Below, piece by piece: positions 12,030 to 23,900 of a stretch of DNA of 63,637 nt. The translations under genes and the position numbers were made by a program. Below the pieces are notes generated by a model. The model made no database searches. It saw only the letters and a list, made by a program, of their open reading frames with translations, and had not been told where the DNA came from. Source of the stretch: Octopus bimaculoides (taxonomy: Eukaryota); assembly GCF_001194135.2 (NCBI RefSeq), contig NC_068990.1, positions 34,013,735 through 34,077,371 of the forward strand, read 5' to 3'. Within the stretch, counting starts at the first letter, position 1, and each line of letters opens with the position of its first letter.

Positions 12030-12570
12030 TTACATTAAAGGTTGACTTTGCCTTTCATTCTTTTGGGGTTGGTAAAATAAGTACCAGTTGAGCACTGGGG
12101 TCAATTTAATTCACTTACCCCATCCCCAAAACTGCTGGCCTTGTGCCAAAAATTCGAAATCATTATTAGTTTGACTTGTAGTAATTGGAAAAGAATGAGT
12201 TTTTCATTTTGTTTAAGAACATTTTCATAATTAGCCACACAAGCACAAGAATCACGAAGTCACATGCAATCTAAATTTTAGCAAAAAGAAAAAAAAAACT
12301 CTGACAAAATGACATTTTTATTGAATTGTTTATGAGTTAAGTAATGGCAAGTAATAGCACTGTTTGTAACTTTCTGAAGGCAATGAGCAGATCGAATCAT
12401 TAGCAAGCCAGACAAAATGCTTAGCAGTGTATCTTCCAGTTACATTCAGAGATCAAACACCAATGGGGTCGACTTTGCCATTTATACTCTTAGGTTCAAT
12501 AAAATAAATACCTGTTGGACCCTGGGATCAACGTAATCAACTTCCTCCTCCCCTCATAATTGCTGAACCA
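12030..12570 (+). mobile_element. Two degenerate SINE family B copies (about 12030-12170 and 12395-12570)
   Basis: gttgactttgcctttcatt..ttggggttggtaaaataagtaccagttgagcactggggtc and a second decayed head and body. Confidence 0.8.
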
Positions 12571-12593
12571 ATAATTAGAATTATTTATAATCT

Positions 12594-12828
12594 AAGGCGT
12601 TGAGCTGGCAGAAACGTTAGCATGCTGGACAAAATGCTTAGCGGTATTTCGTCTGCTGCTACATTCTGAGTTCAAATTCCGTTGAGGTCGACTTAGCCTT
12701 TCATCCCTTCGGGGTTGATTAAGTACCAGTTACACACTGGGGTCGATGTAATGGACTTAATACCTTTGTCTGTCCTTGTTTGTCCCCTCTATGTTTAGCC
12801 CCTTGTGGGCAATAAAGAAATAAGAATC
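12594..12828 (+). mobile_element. Young SINE family B variant with a different 3' tail and an 11-bp TSD
   Basis: aaggcgttgagctggcagaaacgttagc head and GAGTTCAAATTCC B box. ATTTATAATCT occurs at 12583-12593 and 12829-12839. Confidence 0.9.
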
Positions 12829-14264
12829 ATTTATAATCTGCATTAGAATTGATAATCTCACCCACTTCCCTCATTGTCATTTCCCCACCGAAAAGTTTCA
12901 TCAGGCTACTGATCATAGCTATTTTCAGGCTATGAGAAACTGCCTATGTTTGATATATACATGTGTACACATATAGAAAACATTTTTATGGATGATTGTT
13001 TCCTGATATTTTAGATCATATATTTCTGTTTGTGAATGAGTTGCAGTAGCATGTGGCCAAGAATATGCAAGTATTGAACTAAATCACATGAATTTTTATG
13101 GATAAGGTTGTGATATTCAGAATTACTGCAATATTGAAAGTAACTGAACTGAGTTCTATACAAATAAAAGACATCTGAAAATGAATTAAAGCAACATAAA
13201 TCTCTCATATCACCACATAAAAATGTATAAAACTAACGTATATCAATTTAGAAAAATATTAATAGAAAACTGTTATATGAAGATGAATAGTCACAGAATG
13301 ATGGCAACATTCATGGAAAAAAAAAATTCATGAAGATTATAAGAAAGTGAATAGGACAAACTTAGAGGAAACAAAAAGACAAAGATATAATTGTAATGAG
13401 TTGCACATAGCTAAATAGGACATCGTTAAAGTAAGTTAGCAAAAAAATGTAAAACGGGCAATTAAGATAATACACATAACAAAATTTAAATTACAACTAT
13501 CATATATTGCACTGTAAATAAAAGAGGATAATGTTACAAACAAGCTATTCGTTAATATAAGAGAATAAAACTGAGAAATTTCATGAAATTACCTAAGAAA
13601 TGACAAACATTAAATATATTGTACACAAGTGAGGAAAATAGCATCAAAGAACATGAATAGAATTATAAAAGAAAATGAAATTTGCTACAGATATTATCAT
13701 CAAAATAAATAAAAGATTTCAGCTAATAAAAACATCACATGCAATGATATCATAACTAGTATCCTCAGAAAATAAAAACCTGAATCTTTTCTAATTTAAC
13801 AAGAGAATGTCTTGCTATTTGCATTACATCAATGGAAGATATCTTGCAGGCATTTGTGAAAAGAAGATTTAAAGTAGAAAATGGTAATATAAACTATTTC
13901 AAACATATATAACAAAGTTTTTGCTAAAAGCAAGAAGTATGTTGAAATTATTATTACATTATAGTGTTTTATTAATATCAACATTTTCTAAATTTGTTGC
14001 TTTTTCTTTCTTTCTTTCATTCTTTCTTTTTTTTTTTCATTTTTACGTAAATTTCTCTTCTTTTTCATCTTAACTCAAACAAACATCAAAATGGTATCAT
14101 GTCAAAGTTATAGAATAATAGTCTTTGAAAACTAGAACAACTTACTGTTGTCTACTAGTTGACAGAGATTTCACCTCAGGTTACTGATTGTTCAAAATCA
14201 ACTCGAAGAAATATTACCATAAAAAAGCTACAATATTGTGTTTGATATTCTTGCAAGTAACGTA

Positions 14265-14267
<3 letters not shown>

Positions 14268-14336
<69 letters not shown>

Positions 14337-14355
14337 TAGACACATACATACACAT
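14268..14355. repeat. (TA)n(CA)n microsatellite
   Basis: Direct reading. Confidence 0.95.
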
Positions 14356-14439
14356 CAAATTCGTTCTAACAGGGATAAACCGATATAGAATAGATATATG
14401 AATGTATGTATATATGTAATTATAGCTATATATTTATAA

Positions 14440-14805
14440 ATACTATGATGTTTCATGGTTGTGAGATATGGGCCTTGAATACAGAGAACTTGAAAAGACT
14501 GGAAAGAAATGAAGAAAGCATGCTCCAGTGGATATGCAATGTAAGTGTTAAAAAATGTTTTAGTACAAAAGTGACAAGAGAAAAAACTGAGTAAAAGTGG
14601 AATCAGATGTAGTGTGCCAGAAAGAAAACTGTGCTGTGTGGACATATGATGCATAGGGACAAGAACAGTTCTATAAAGACATGAAAATCAGTTAATGTGG
14701 ATGGAGCTTCCAGAAGCTTCCAGAAGTGATGATGTGTTGAAGGCTGATCTTAAGATCCTGAACTTCATGGAGAACATGACAAAGGACTGAGATGACTGGT
14801 GGTAT
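14440..14805 (+). mobile_element. RTE-clade LINE ORF2 C-terminal remnant
   Basis: MFHGCEIWALNTENLKRLERNEESMLQWICNV matches the RTE YG.E.W...L.R.E..MLRW motif. Stops follow. Confidence 0.85.
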
Positions 14806-14979
14806 GCAAATCTCATTGGATTTTCGTGTGAGTGTGTGTAGTTGTCTGCACATGCTATGGGGGTATATTGGTGTAAATGGTGTGGGTACTGGTTTAGAGA
14901 AAGTGTGTGAGGGTGGAGGAGAGGCGTTGGAAGGTGGGATGTATGTGGAGTGTGTAAATGTGTGTGTGGGTGGGTTTAG

Positions 14980-15215
14980 ATGAAGAAAGGTGACAAACTG
15001 AGACCATGAGGTACAGAGGAATAAAGAGAGAAAATAAATTCCTGCTCTCAATGGAGGTGGAAGTCAGGGTAGTCTCTGTGCAAGGACAGCCTGAACACAT
15101 ACAGATGTAGTTGCAAATGACCAGTTGAGTGAAAGAGACACAAGACAGGGGTGTCATTGCCGAGTTTGATGTCCTGGAGATGTTTGGTAAATTGGTCGGC
15201 TAATCACAGCCTCTT
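14980..15215 (-). mobile_element. Penelope-like element remnant (C-terminal part of the GIY-YIG endonuclease)
   Basis: My translation LADQFTKHLQDIKLGNDTPVLCLFHSTGH...*EQEFIFSL..PHGL resembles the PLE RL.DRF.EH...PVA.HF...GH...EQ.LIF.L....P.GLN pattern. A pyrimidine-rich 3' region follows. Confidence 0.7.
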
Positions 15216-15219
15216 TGAG

Positions 15220-15705
15220 CCTCACAGAAGCATTGACTGGTGACTGAGACCTTTGGCGGTATGCTGTGCTTGAGAAGACCCGTCAAGTCAAGTGAAATCA
15301 TAGTCATAGCTGATGTTGGTGTGCTGGTGCCACGTAAGGAGCACCATTCGAGCATTGGGCCACATGTAGGCAAAGTGGCTGTGGTCCGTTTGAGTGTTGG
15401 GCTTCACAGAGGCAATGACCAAGACCTTTGGCATTTTGCTGTGCTTGAGAAGAAAACCCATCAAGCCAAGCAAAATCACAACTGTGGCAGATACTGGTGC
15501 TACACAAATGGCATGTAAAAGCACCCATTGCACTCTTGAAGTGGTTGGTGTTAGGAAGGTCATCCAGCTGTAGAAAACCATGCCAAATCAGACCGGAGTC
15601 TGGTGCAGCCATCTGGTGCAGCCATCCAGCTTACGAGCCCTGGTCAAACTGTCCAACCCATGCCAGCATGAACAATGGACATTAAATGATAATGATGATG
15701 ATACA
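15220..15705 (+). mobile_element. RTE LINE 3' end with a tandemly duplicated ORF2 terminus and (GAT)n tail
   Basis: cacagaagc/ggc..tgac..gacctttgg..tgctgtgcttgagaaga occurs twice (about 15225-15290 and 15400-15470), followed by the standard tail. Confidence 0.85.
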
Positions 15706-16218
15706 ATGAACTTTCTTCAGTTTCCATCTACCAAATCTACTCACAAGGTTTTAGTCAGCCTGAGGCAATNNNNNNNNNNNNNNNNNNNNNNNNNNNNNNN
15801 NNNNNNNNNNNNNNNNNNNNNNNNNNNNNNNNNNNNNNNNNNNNNNNNNNNNNNNNNNNNNNNNNNNNNNNNNNNNNNNNNNNNNNNNNNNNNNNNNNNN
15901 NNNNNNNNNNNNNNNNNNNNNNNNNNNNNNNNNNNNNNNNNNNNNNNNNNNNNNNNNNNNNNNNNNNNNNNNNNNNNNNNNNNNNNNNNNNNNNNNNNNN
16001 NNNNNNNNNNNNNNNNNNNNNNNNNNNNNNNNNNNNNNNNNNNNNNNNNNNNNNNNNNNNNNNNNNNNNNNNNNNNNNNNNNNNNNNNNNNNNNNNNNNN
16101 NNNNNNNNNNNNNNNNNNNNNNNNNNNNNNNNNNNNNNNNNNNNNNNNNNNNNNNNNNNNNNNNNNNNNNNNNNNNNATATGAAATTATACATGCATACA
16201 CACATTAAAACATGTATT

Positions 16219-16219
<1 letters not shown>

Positions 16220-16258
<39 letters not shown>

Positions 16259-16295
16259 TACATACATACATGTATATACTCATTCACACACACAC

Positions 16296-16332
<37 letters not shown>
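16220..16332. repeat. (CA)n microsatellite
   Basis: Direct reading. Confidence 0.95.
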
Positions 16333-16334
<2 letters not shown>

Positions 16335-16814
16335 GGACAAACAAAAGGAACCAGCACATTTCTAATGAATCTTATTAGTTATACATTAGTTTTTATTCAT
16401 ATGAAAGCAATTTAATCCATTCATAGCTGATAAAAAAAAAATCTCCTGGCATTCAATATAATTTTCTTTCATAGATATCATTATAAAGATGTTATTTTGG
16501 TATAAGGCTTTTGCTTTTCTTATTTTTTTTTTATTGTTTTTCAGTTTTGTTTGCTTTGTTTCGTTTTTATTTTTCAGCTGGTGTTTATCCACATACTACC
16601 ACCACCACCACCACTACCGTCGTCACCATCACCATCACCATCACCACCAACAATAACAAACAACAACATTCCCATTTTACTTCCTGAAATCTTTTTGTTG
16701 TCACTTCTCTTACAGATGGTTGTCTTTTATGTTCAGAAATGATAATGGCTAGAATGATTTCTGAAGCCACTACTATCAAAACTGACATCAGAAAAAAAAA
16801 TATGTGATAAAATC

Positions 16815-17118
16815 TAGTAGTAGTAGTGGTGGTAGTGGTAGTGGTAGTAGTAGCAGCAGCAGCAGCAGCAGTGGTTGTAGTAGCAGTGGTGGTGGTGTTG
16901 GTGGTAGTAGTAACAGTAGTAGAGGTGGTGGTAGTAGTAGTAGTAATAGTAGTAGTAGTACAGGTGGAAGGTGGTGGTGGTGGTAGTAGTAGTAATAGTA
17001 GTACAGGTGGAAGGTGGTGGTGGTGGTAGTAGTAGTAATAGTAGTAGTNNNNNNNNNNGGAAGGTGGTGGTGGTGGTAGTAGTAGTAATAGTAGTAGTAG
17101 CACAGGTGGAAGGTGGTG

Positions 17119-17158
<40 letters not shown>

Positions 17159-17227
17159 AGGTGGTGATAGTAGTAGTAGTAGAGGTAGTAGTAGTAGTAA
17201 TAGTAGTAGTAGTACAGGTGGAAGGTG

Positions 17228-17267
<40 letters not shown>

Positions 17268-17312
17268 AGGTAGTAGTAATAGTAGTAGTAGTACAGGTGG
17301 AAGGTGGTGGTG

Positions 17313-17385
<73 letters not shown>

Positions 17386-17480
17386 CCGAAGCAAAAGTTG
17401 TTGGTGAAGCTGGTAGCAGTGATGGTGCTGATTGTGATGATAGAAACAAGGTAGCGGTGATGGTGATGGTAATGGTGGTA
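16815..17480. repeat. Compound (GTA/GTG/GCA)n trinucleotide tract with a higher-order unit
   Basis: Recurrent acaggtggaaggtggtggtggtggtagtag anchor, about 6 times. Confidence 0.9.
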
Positions 17481-17647
17481 ATGGTTGTTTTTGCTTTGTA
17501 ATTGCTGTGTCATTTGTGTTTTTGTTTTGTTTCTTTCTTTTTTTCTCTGGTCCTGATAATTTTCCTTATTGATTCTTTCATTAAATGATCAAACATATGA
17601 ATTACAAATCACCACAACAATATGTTNNNNNNNNNNNNNNNNNNNNN

Positions 17648-17680
<33 letters not shown>

Positions 17681-18194
17681 CATGCACACACACACAAAGC
17701 CAAGTGGGATATCTCGCTCTGACAGTAATGGTTTTCTTTATCATAGAAAACAGTTTCAGGGACAATAGAAATTATTTATTTATTGAACAAAATAGGAAGA
17801 AAAAAAGTACGAAATACAAAAAAAAAGTGCTTAAATAATCTGCTTTGATATATTTCATTCAATACTACTCTAATAATAATAATGATAATAACAATAATAA
17901 TAATAATAATAATAATAATATTCATGAGATTGCAAAAAACAGGAGTTCTTTTGTTCAGCCTTAGTTTTATCTCCAGTTTTTCCTAAATGGCTTACTAACC
18001 AATTATGTTTACAGTGTTTTATGACCCCTGAACATCCTGAGAAGATTGAAATGTACCTCATGTTTCTGTAAGATTCTAGTAAAACATGATAACTAGAATA
18101 TAATGCTGCCAGCAATCAGCAGTGTTGATTCTCATCTTCAGTCATTTAGTTTGGGAACAAAATTAACTTGTCTGAATCAGTTTAATAATTTTGA

Positions 18195-18346
18195 GTGGTT
18201 GGTGTTAGGAAGGGCATCCAGCTGTAGAAACTCTGCCAAATTTAGATTGGAGCCTGGTGTTGCCATCCGGTTTCACCAGTCCTCAGTCAAGTCTTCCAAC
18301 CCATGCTAGCATGGAATGCGGACGTTAAACGATGATGATGATGATT
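18195..18346 (+). mobile_element. Young RTE 3' tail fragment
   Basis: gagtggttggtgttaggaagggcatccagctg...ggacgttaaacgatgatgat, nearly identical to 30770-30920. Confidence 0.9.
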
Positions 18347-18377
18347 GGATTCTTCTTCATTCCATCTTGTGAATCAT

Positions 18378-18417
18378 CTATGCTTCAAAAGCCTCTAATA
18401 CCACTCGTAATACTTCT
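18378..18417 (-). CDS. Putative exon (xEVLRVVLEAFEA*, or a 16-nt exon if the GTATTA donor is used)
   Basis: Very strong acceptor tttatttctgtttatttctctacag. Phase 2 matches microexon 26620-26635. Confidence 0.2.
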
Positions 18418-18894
18418 CTGTAGAGAAATAAACAGAAATAAATATTTACTCTTTGTTTCATTATGTAACATTCAATAATAAATAGTTTATTTATTTATTC
18501 CTTATTTTAGTGTTCAGTATTAAAGCGAGGGAACAATGGAGAAAATTCTACTGGAATTCTACGGTTGATAAGAAACAACTTCAATTACAATTGTTGTGAA
18601 CTAATGGCAATTAGACTCTAAAGTAAATCTTACTTCATGTCAGCTCTAAAGTTGATCTTTGCAGATACTTAGAGCTTTATATAATGTCCACCTAACCTCT
18701 CAACCAGTTGACATTCTCACAGCTTCAAATTATTCAGTTATTCTTTTCATGTCCAATGTAACCAACTTCAATGGAACTGGCTGTTAAAGCCCTTGTTAAC
18801 TTCATTATCACTAGCATAAACTCTGGCTTGTAAACTTTCGTGATGTACATTGGTCTCAAGAAAGTCTTTACTCTTTTCATAGCAACACACCCAG

Positions 18895-19050
18895 GATTGC
18901 CCTTGGTTCTATGGTACAAATATCATGATTTAAAGTGATCTAAATTAAAACTTTTGATCAAAATTTCATCTTCATATATGTTCCAAACACTTAATAATGA
19001 CAATGTTGTTTTAATAAATTTCTCATTATTTTAAAAATCAATTTAAATAT
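18895..19050. mobile_element. MITE-like interspersed repeat fragment, unclassified
   Basis: tttaaagtgatctaaattaaaac...atgttccaaacac recalled as an internal part of an octopus MITE; termini not seen. Confidence 0.35.
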
Positions 19051-19149
19051 TGGCAGCGTCTTTCACAAAAAGATTAAAACACAAGTAACACAACAGCGGA
19101 AGTTAATGTGAGAGTTGTTGGCCTAACAGAGCACTGAGTACTGATGCTT

Positions 19150-19650
19150 TGGTCAGGAATTTCATTCCAAAGATGATAGCAAAGGAGATTTACTGTGAGC
19201 AGCTTGAGTGGTTTAAGTTAGCACTAGAAGCAAAATGACCATCTTTGGTTTCAATACAAAAGGTATTCTCCCTTCAGGATAATGCTCGGCCACATACAGC
19301 AAGGATGACATTCCAAAGGCTGGAGTAGTTTGAATGGGAAACGATGCCCCACCCATCATATTCGCCAGACTTTGCCCTATCTGATTATCATTTATTCTGC
19401 AGTCTTCAAAATCATTTGGACAGAAAAATATTAATTGTGTAGATGAGGTTAGAGCAGTACTGGAGGAGTATTTTTCATCACGGACAAATGAATTTTGGGA
19501 GAAGGACCTTGCAAGTCTATTAGATAGATGGAAGAACATTGAAGAAAATGAAGGAGAGTATATTTTAGATTAAAAAAGAACTTTATCTTAATTTTCAAAA
19601 ATAAAAGAAGTATTAAAAAAAAATTGCCTTTTTTATGGAATGACCCAATA
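19150..19650 (+). mobile_element. Decayed mariner transposase, C-terminal half with 3' TIR
   Basis: LQDNARPHTARMT...HPSYSPDFALSDYHLF...LLDRWKNIEENEGEYILD* (DD34D motifs). Ends ...gacccaaTA like a mariner TIR plus TA. Confidence 0.92.
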
Positions 19651-19679
19651 AAACCACTTTTGTAAAAGATGGGAATTTA

Positions 19680-19885
19680 CCAAGGCAGAATCGTTAGCAT
19701 GCCAGACAAAATGCTTAGTGGTATTTTGCTCGTCTTTACATTCTGGGCTCAAATTCTGCCAAAGTCAACTTTACCTTTTATCCTTTCAGGGTCGATAAAT
19801 TAAGTACCAGTTAAATACTGGGATGGTGTGATCGTTTTATCCCCCTCACCACAAATTTCAGGCCTTATCCCTGTAGTAGAAAGGA
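19680..19885 (+). mobile_element. SINE family B
   Basis: ggcagaatcgttagcatgccagacaaaatgcttag...gggtcgataaattaagtaccag. Confidence 0.88.
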
Positions 19886-20095
19886 GAATTTACTGCCTCA
19901 TGCTCAGAGAGAAAAATCAAAATTCAGCCTTGTGTCACATTTTAAAATCAAAAGATGAGCGATAAAGTGGCAAAATCCTTATACAAGTTAACAAAATCAC
20001 AGAACCAATATCAATATGTTAAGGTCCACCACAGCTACTTTAATTTTAATAAGTCATTTAAAGAAACAAAATTATTTTACAAAGAGAATATATAG

Positions 20096-20535
20096 GTGCA
20101 GGAGTGGCTGTGTGGTAGGTAGCATGCTTACCAACCACATGGTTCCGGGTTCAGTCCCACTGCGTGGCACCTTGGGCAAGTGTCTTTTACTATAGCCTCA
20201 GGCCGACCAAAGCCTTGTGAGTGGATTTGGTAGACAGAAACTGAAAGAAGCCCGTCGTATATATGTATATATATATATATATATACATATATATATGTGT
20301 GTGTGTTTGTGTGTGTTTGTGTGTCTGTGTTTGTCCCCCCCCACCATCGCTTGACAACCGATGCTGGTGTATTTACATCCTCATAACTTAGCGGTTTGGC
20401 AAAAAGAGACCAATAGAATAAGTACTAGGCTTACAAAGAATAAGTCCTGGGGTCGATTTGCTCGACTAAAGGCGGTGCTCCAGCATGGCTGCATTCAAAT
20501 GACTGAAACAAGTAAAAGAGTAAAGAGTAAAAGAG
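20096..20535 (+). mobile_element. SINE family A, full length, young
   Basis: ggtgcaggagTGGCTGTGTGG...GGTTCAGTCCC...accttgggcaagtgtc, internal (TA)n(TG)n, and (AAGAGTA)n tail. Confidence 0.93.
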
Positions 20536-20569
20536 TATATGCTTATTAAAAAAAAAACGTGATCCTGTA

Positions 20570-20700
20570 ATGTCTAGCTTCCATGCCAGCATGAGTTGGA
20601 TGGTTTGACAGGACCTGATGAGTGAGGGGGCTGGTGTCAATTTAGGTTGGATGTCCAATTTAATGCCAACCACAATGGAACCAACTCTAGTGATCGTCAC
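20570..20700 (-). mobile_element. RTE 3' tail fragment, degenerate
   Basis: ttccatgccagcatgagttggatggtttgac. Confidence 0.65.
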
Positions 20701-20982
20701 CTTGTAACTTGCAAGGCTATGGCTCTAATGTGGCCCCTGTGACTGAGAGAGAATAAAACAGTGAGTGGACAGAGTGATGAGGGCTGGTATGTAAGAGGAG
20801 AGAATAGGGATTATAGCAGAGAGCAGGAGAGGAGAGTGGACCGTACAACATCATAAGGGACATCATGTATGAACAGAAGGTGAAAGAGAAATGAGTCAGG
20901 GAAGAATCAGTAGACTACATGAAAAATTCTGATAGAGAGACAGTGAATAACAGGAAGGTGGAAAAGTTGGTCAGAAAAATAA

Positions 20983-21085
20983 AGAGGAAGAGAGATACTG
21001 AAGGGGAAAAGAGATACTGAAGAGGAAGAGAGATACTGAAGGGGAAGAGAGATACTGAAGAGGAAGAGAGATACTGAAGAGGCAA
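20983..21085. repeat. 19-bp tandem repeat, about 5 copies (GAAGAGAGATACTGAAGAG)
   Basis: agagatactgaag recurs every 19 nt. Confidence 0.9.
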
Positions 21086-21154
21086 AGAAGCTGTGAGGAA
21101 AAGGGCTAAAACTACCATTTACTTCAAAAATGAACAAGTTTATGTTTATATTCT

Positions 21155-21358
21155 TTTACTTGTTTCAGTCATTTGACTACGGCCATGCAGGTGCACCACC
21201 TTTATAGTCGAGCAAATCGACCCCAGGACTTATTCTTTGTAAGCCTAGTACTTATTATATCGGTCTCTTTTGCTGAACTGCTAAGTTACGGGGACGTAAA
21301 CACACCAGCATCGGTTGTCAAGCGATGCTGAGGGGAACAAACAGACACACAAACATAT

Positions 21359-21401
<43 letters not shown>

Positions 21402-21565
21402 CGACGGGCTTCTTCCAGTTTCCGTCTGTCAAATTCACTCACAAGGCTTTGGTCAGCCTGAGGCTATAGTAGAAGACACTTGCCCAAAGTGCCATGCAGT
21501 GGGACTGAACCAGGGACCATGTGGTTGGTAAGCAAGCTACTTACCACACAGCTACTCCTGCGCCT
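21155..21565 (-). mobile_element. SINE family A, full length, young, inverted relative to the 20096 copy
   Basis: Reverse complement of head (actcctgcgcc), CORE-like segment, microsatellite and tail. Confidence 0.93.
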
Positions 21566-21939
21566 TTATGTGTAATAAATTTTCATTAAATTTTACTGTA
21601 AAACATCCTATCTCATAGGAACCTCAGAATCTTTTTTTCACGGAACCCTGAGATTCTCCATGAACTACTTACACAGATACCGTGTAATACTGGAGTATTG
21701 AGAAAAATTATTCATTTGACTAAACACAATTTTTTTTTGTGAGACAAGATAAGATGTGGGCTATTATGATGTCGATGTATATTAGGTACAAGATATTTTA
21801 AATATAAAGTAGATAAGTAGATTTGCTATTAATATTCATTGAAGTACAGTCCAGTATAATTTAGATAAAGTCCCCGAAGACTATCTACTTTCTATTCAAG
21901 TAATTCCTAATTATTGAGAATATAAATTAAACAGGTAAA

Positions 21940-22113
21940 TAACAATAATAATAATAATGATAATAATTAATAATAATAATAATAATAATAAGGATGATAA
22001 TAATGATGATGATAACAATAATAATGATAATAATAATAATAATAATGATAACAATAATAATAATAATGATAACAATAATAATAATGATGATGATAATAAT
22101 AATAATAATAATG

Positions 22114-22145
<32 letters not shown>
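21940..22145. repeat. (AAT/GAT)n tract abutting the LINE 3' end
   Basis: Direct reading. Confidence 0.95.
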
Positions 22146-23513
22146 TTCATTTATTTGCTACAAGGGTGAAGGATGAGAGGGACAATACAAAGACAGACAT
22201 AAAGTGTGGGGGTTTACATATAATGAAATGATAAAAGAAAGAAAGAAAATATACATGGTATACACTGAAAAAGAAGGGGCATATGTAAAGCATAAAAAGG
22301 TTTTAAAAAACAAAAATTGGTAGGGAGGATGATAGAGATGTGGCCCTTCTGGTATGGGAAAGCTGCTACAGACCATCGAGGAACCCCACTGTCTGAGGTT
22401 TCCTGAAACCCCAGGAGCAAGTGCCCCCTCTAATTTCTTCTCTCCAACTCTCAGGTCTACACTTAGAGAGGTACCATCCCCTCTTGCCATTTTCGCAACT
22501 TTCACCCAACTTTTAATAAACTCACTCGAGGACAACACTTCCCCCTCCACTCGCAATTTCCATTACAAGTGAAACTTGAAGAAGTCGATGAGAGCGCTAC
22601 CAAAGAGGAATGTATCTGTCCTCATGCTTTTCAGCTTCGTCCACCCACCAAACAATCTCTGTTGCCAAGCCACCAGGCAAAGGAAAACTGCTTTGCCTGC
22701 CCCACTGAAGAAGGGTGGTGGAGCAATCACCACTACAGACTCAGCCTACAGATGGACCCATCCCACATGTGACAGCAGCTGTTCTACATAACCCCACAAG
22801 TCAGCAATGCCCGGACATTGAACGAGAGCATGCTGAACAGTTTCATCACTCTGCGCGCACCTTGGACAAGCCTGTCTAACAGCACATCCATACCAGTAGA
22901 GTTTATCTTGAACCAGAAGCGCACCACCTAGTAGCACTGCCAGGCCAAGAACATCTGGCAATTATTCTTGAAAGTTCCCGAGCAGAAAGTCCAACCTGGT
23001 CAAGCAGTAACCAGGGACAAGGCACGACAGTCAGGTGATAAATGATAATGAAGGTGGTATAAGCATTTACCACCTCTGCCTGACCTTTCAGGGACAGCTT
23101 CCTCTCAACCCATTTCTGAGTTAGACTGGCCACCCTGTTCACCACTTCATCCCAGTTCTTATCAATCTGGAGGTCAGTACCAAACCAGACCTCAAGCAGT
23201 TTGACTGGTCCATCAGTCCAGCATCTGTCAACACAATCTGATGGCATCGTCACGCCTCCCTAGGAGCCCAACCACAAACTCACTGATTTGTCGGCGTTGA
23301 TTTTAGCCCCTGAAACTGACTCACATTCTTTTAGGATGGTACCGATTGTCTCGGATTCAGAGGCATCTGACACCATGATAGTGACGTTGTCCGTGTATGC
23401 CAACACTGCCCTTCCTTGCTCTAATTTGAAAGGGATGCCCCTTAGCTTTTCCAACTTCCACAGCAGTGGATCAAGTGCCAATACATACAGAAGAGGTGAC
23501 AATGGGCAGTGAA
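22146..23513 (-). mobile_element. L1/Tx1-clade LINE, 5'-truncated ORF2 relic with 3' UTR
   Basis: CPLSPLLYVLAL (RT4), AYTDN (decayed YADD), SGAKINADKS, WFG..LQIDKNW..V, and CPRC..ETVQHALVQC (CCHC finger). AATAAA precedes the (ATT)n tail. Frameshifted. Confidence 0.92.
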
Positions 23514-23522
23514 AGTAATAAT

Positions 23523-23900
23523 AGCTTCAGTTTTGTATTTAGTTTGCAAAATTTTCGATGTAAAATCATGTGCTGAAACAAATTTTGTTGTTTGTTGGGA
23601 GATTCATTACGCCAGTAAATAGTAACACATGCACAGGTGCAACTCCACTTCTTTATTGTCGGTCAATTGGATAAATATCTATCCAACTAATCGATCATTT
23701 GTTTAATGTGTTGGTTAAATAATCAATCGGTCATTTGATTTGCTTGATGGACAAACAAACCTATTGATTGTTTAACCAACACATTAAACAAAAAATCAAT
23801 TAGTTAGTTGATTAGATATTTAGTCAATCGACTAACAATAGAGAAGTGAAATTGAACATGTGTACATGTTATTGGTATAATGACTCTCCCAAGACACAAC

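Noticed and set aside
16585-17513. 200-270 aa homopolymer-rich ORFs
   Set aside because: Translations of trinucleotide microsatellite; open in several frames, with no coding evidence.
6602-18570. Plus-strand exon candidates (6602-6660 GRIHLPEILVNFF, 11166-11200 EFITSFKMYVTK, 18511 FSIKAREQWRKF)
   Set aside because: Plausible splice sites but no recognisable protein or coherent chain; expected by chance in AT-rich DNA.
3351-19650. Two mariner halves as one element split by 15 kb of insertions
   Set aside because: Same orientation, but the motifs suggest different mariner subfamilies, and the intervening DNA includes much unique sequence. Alignment to consensi would settle it.
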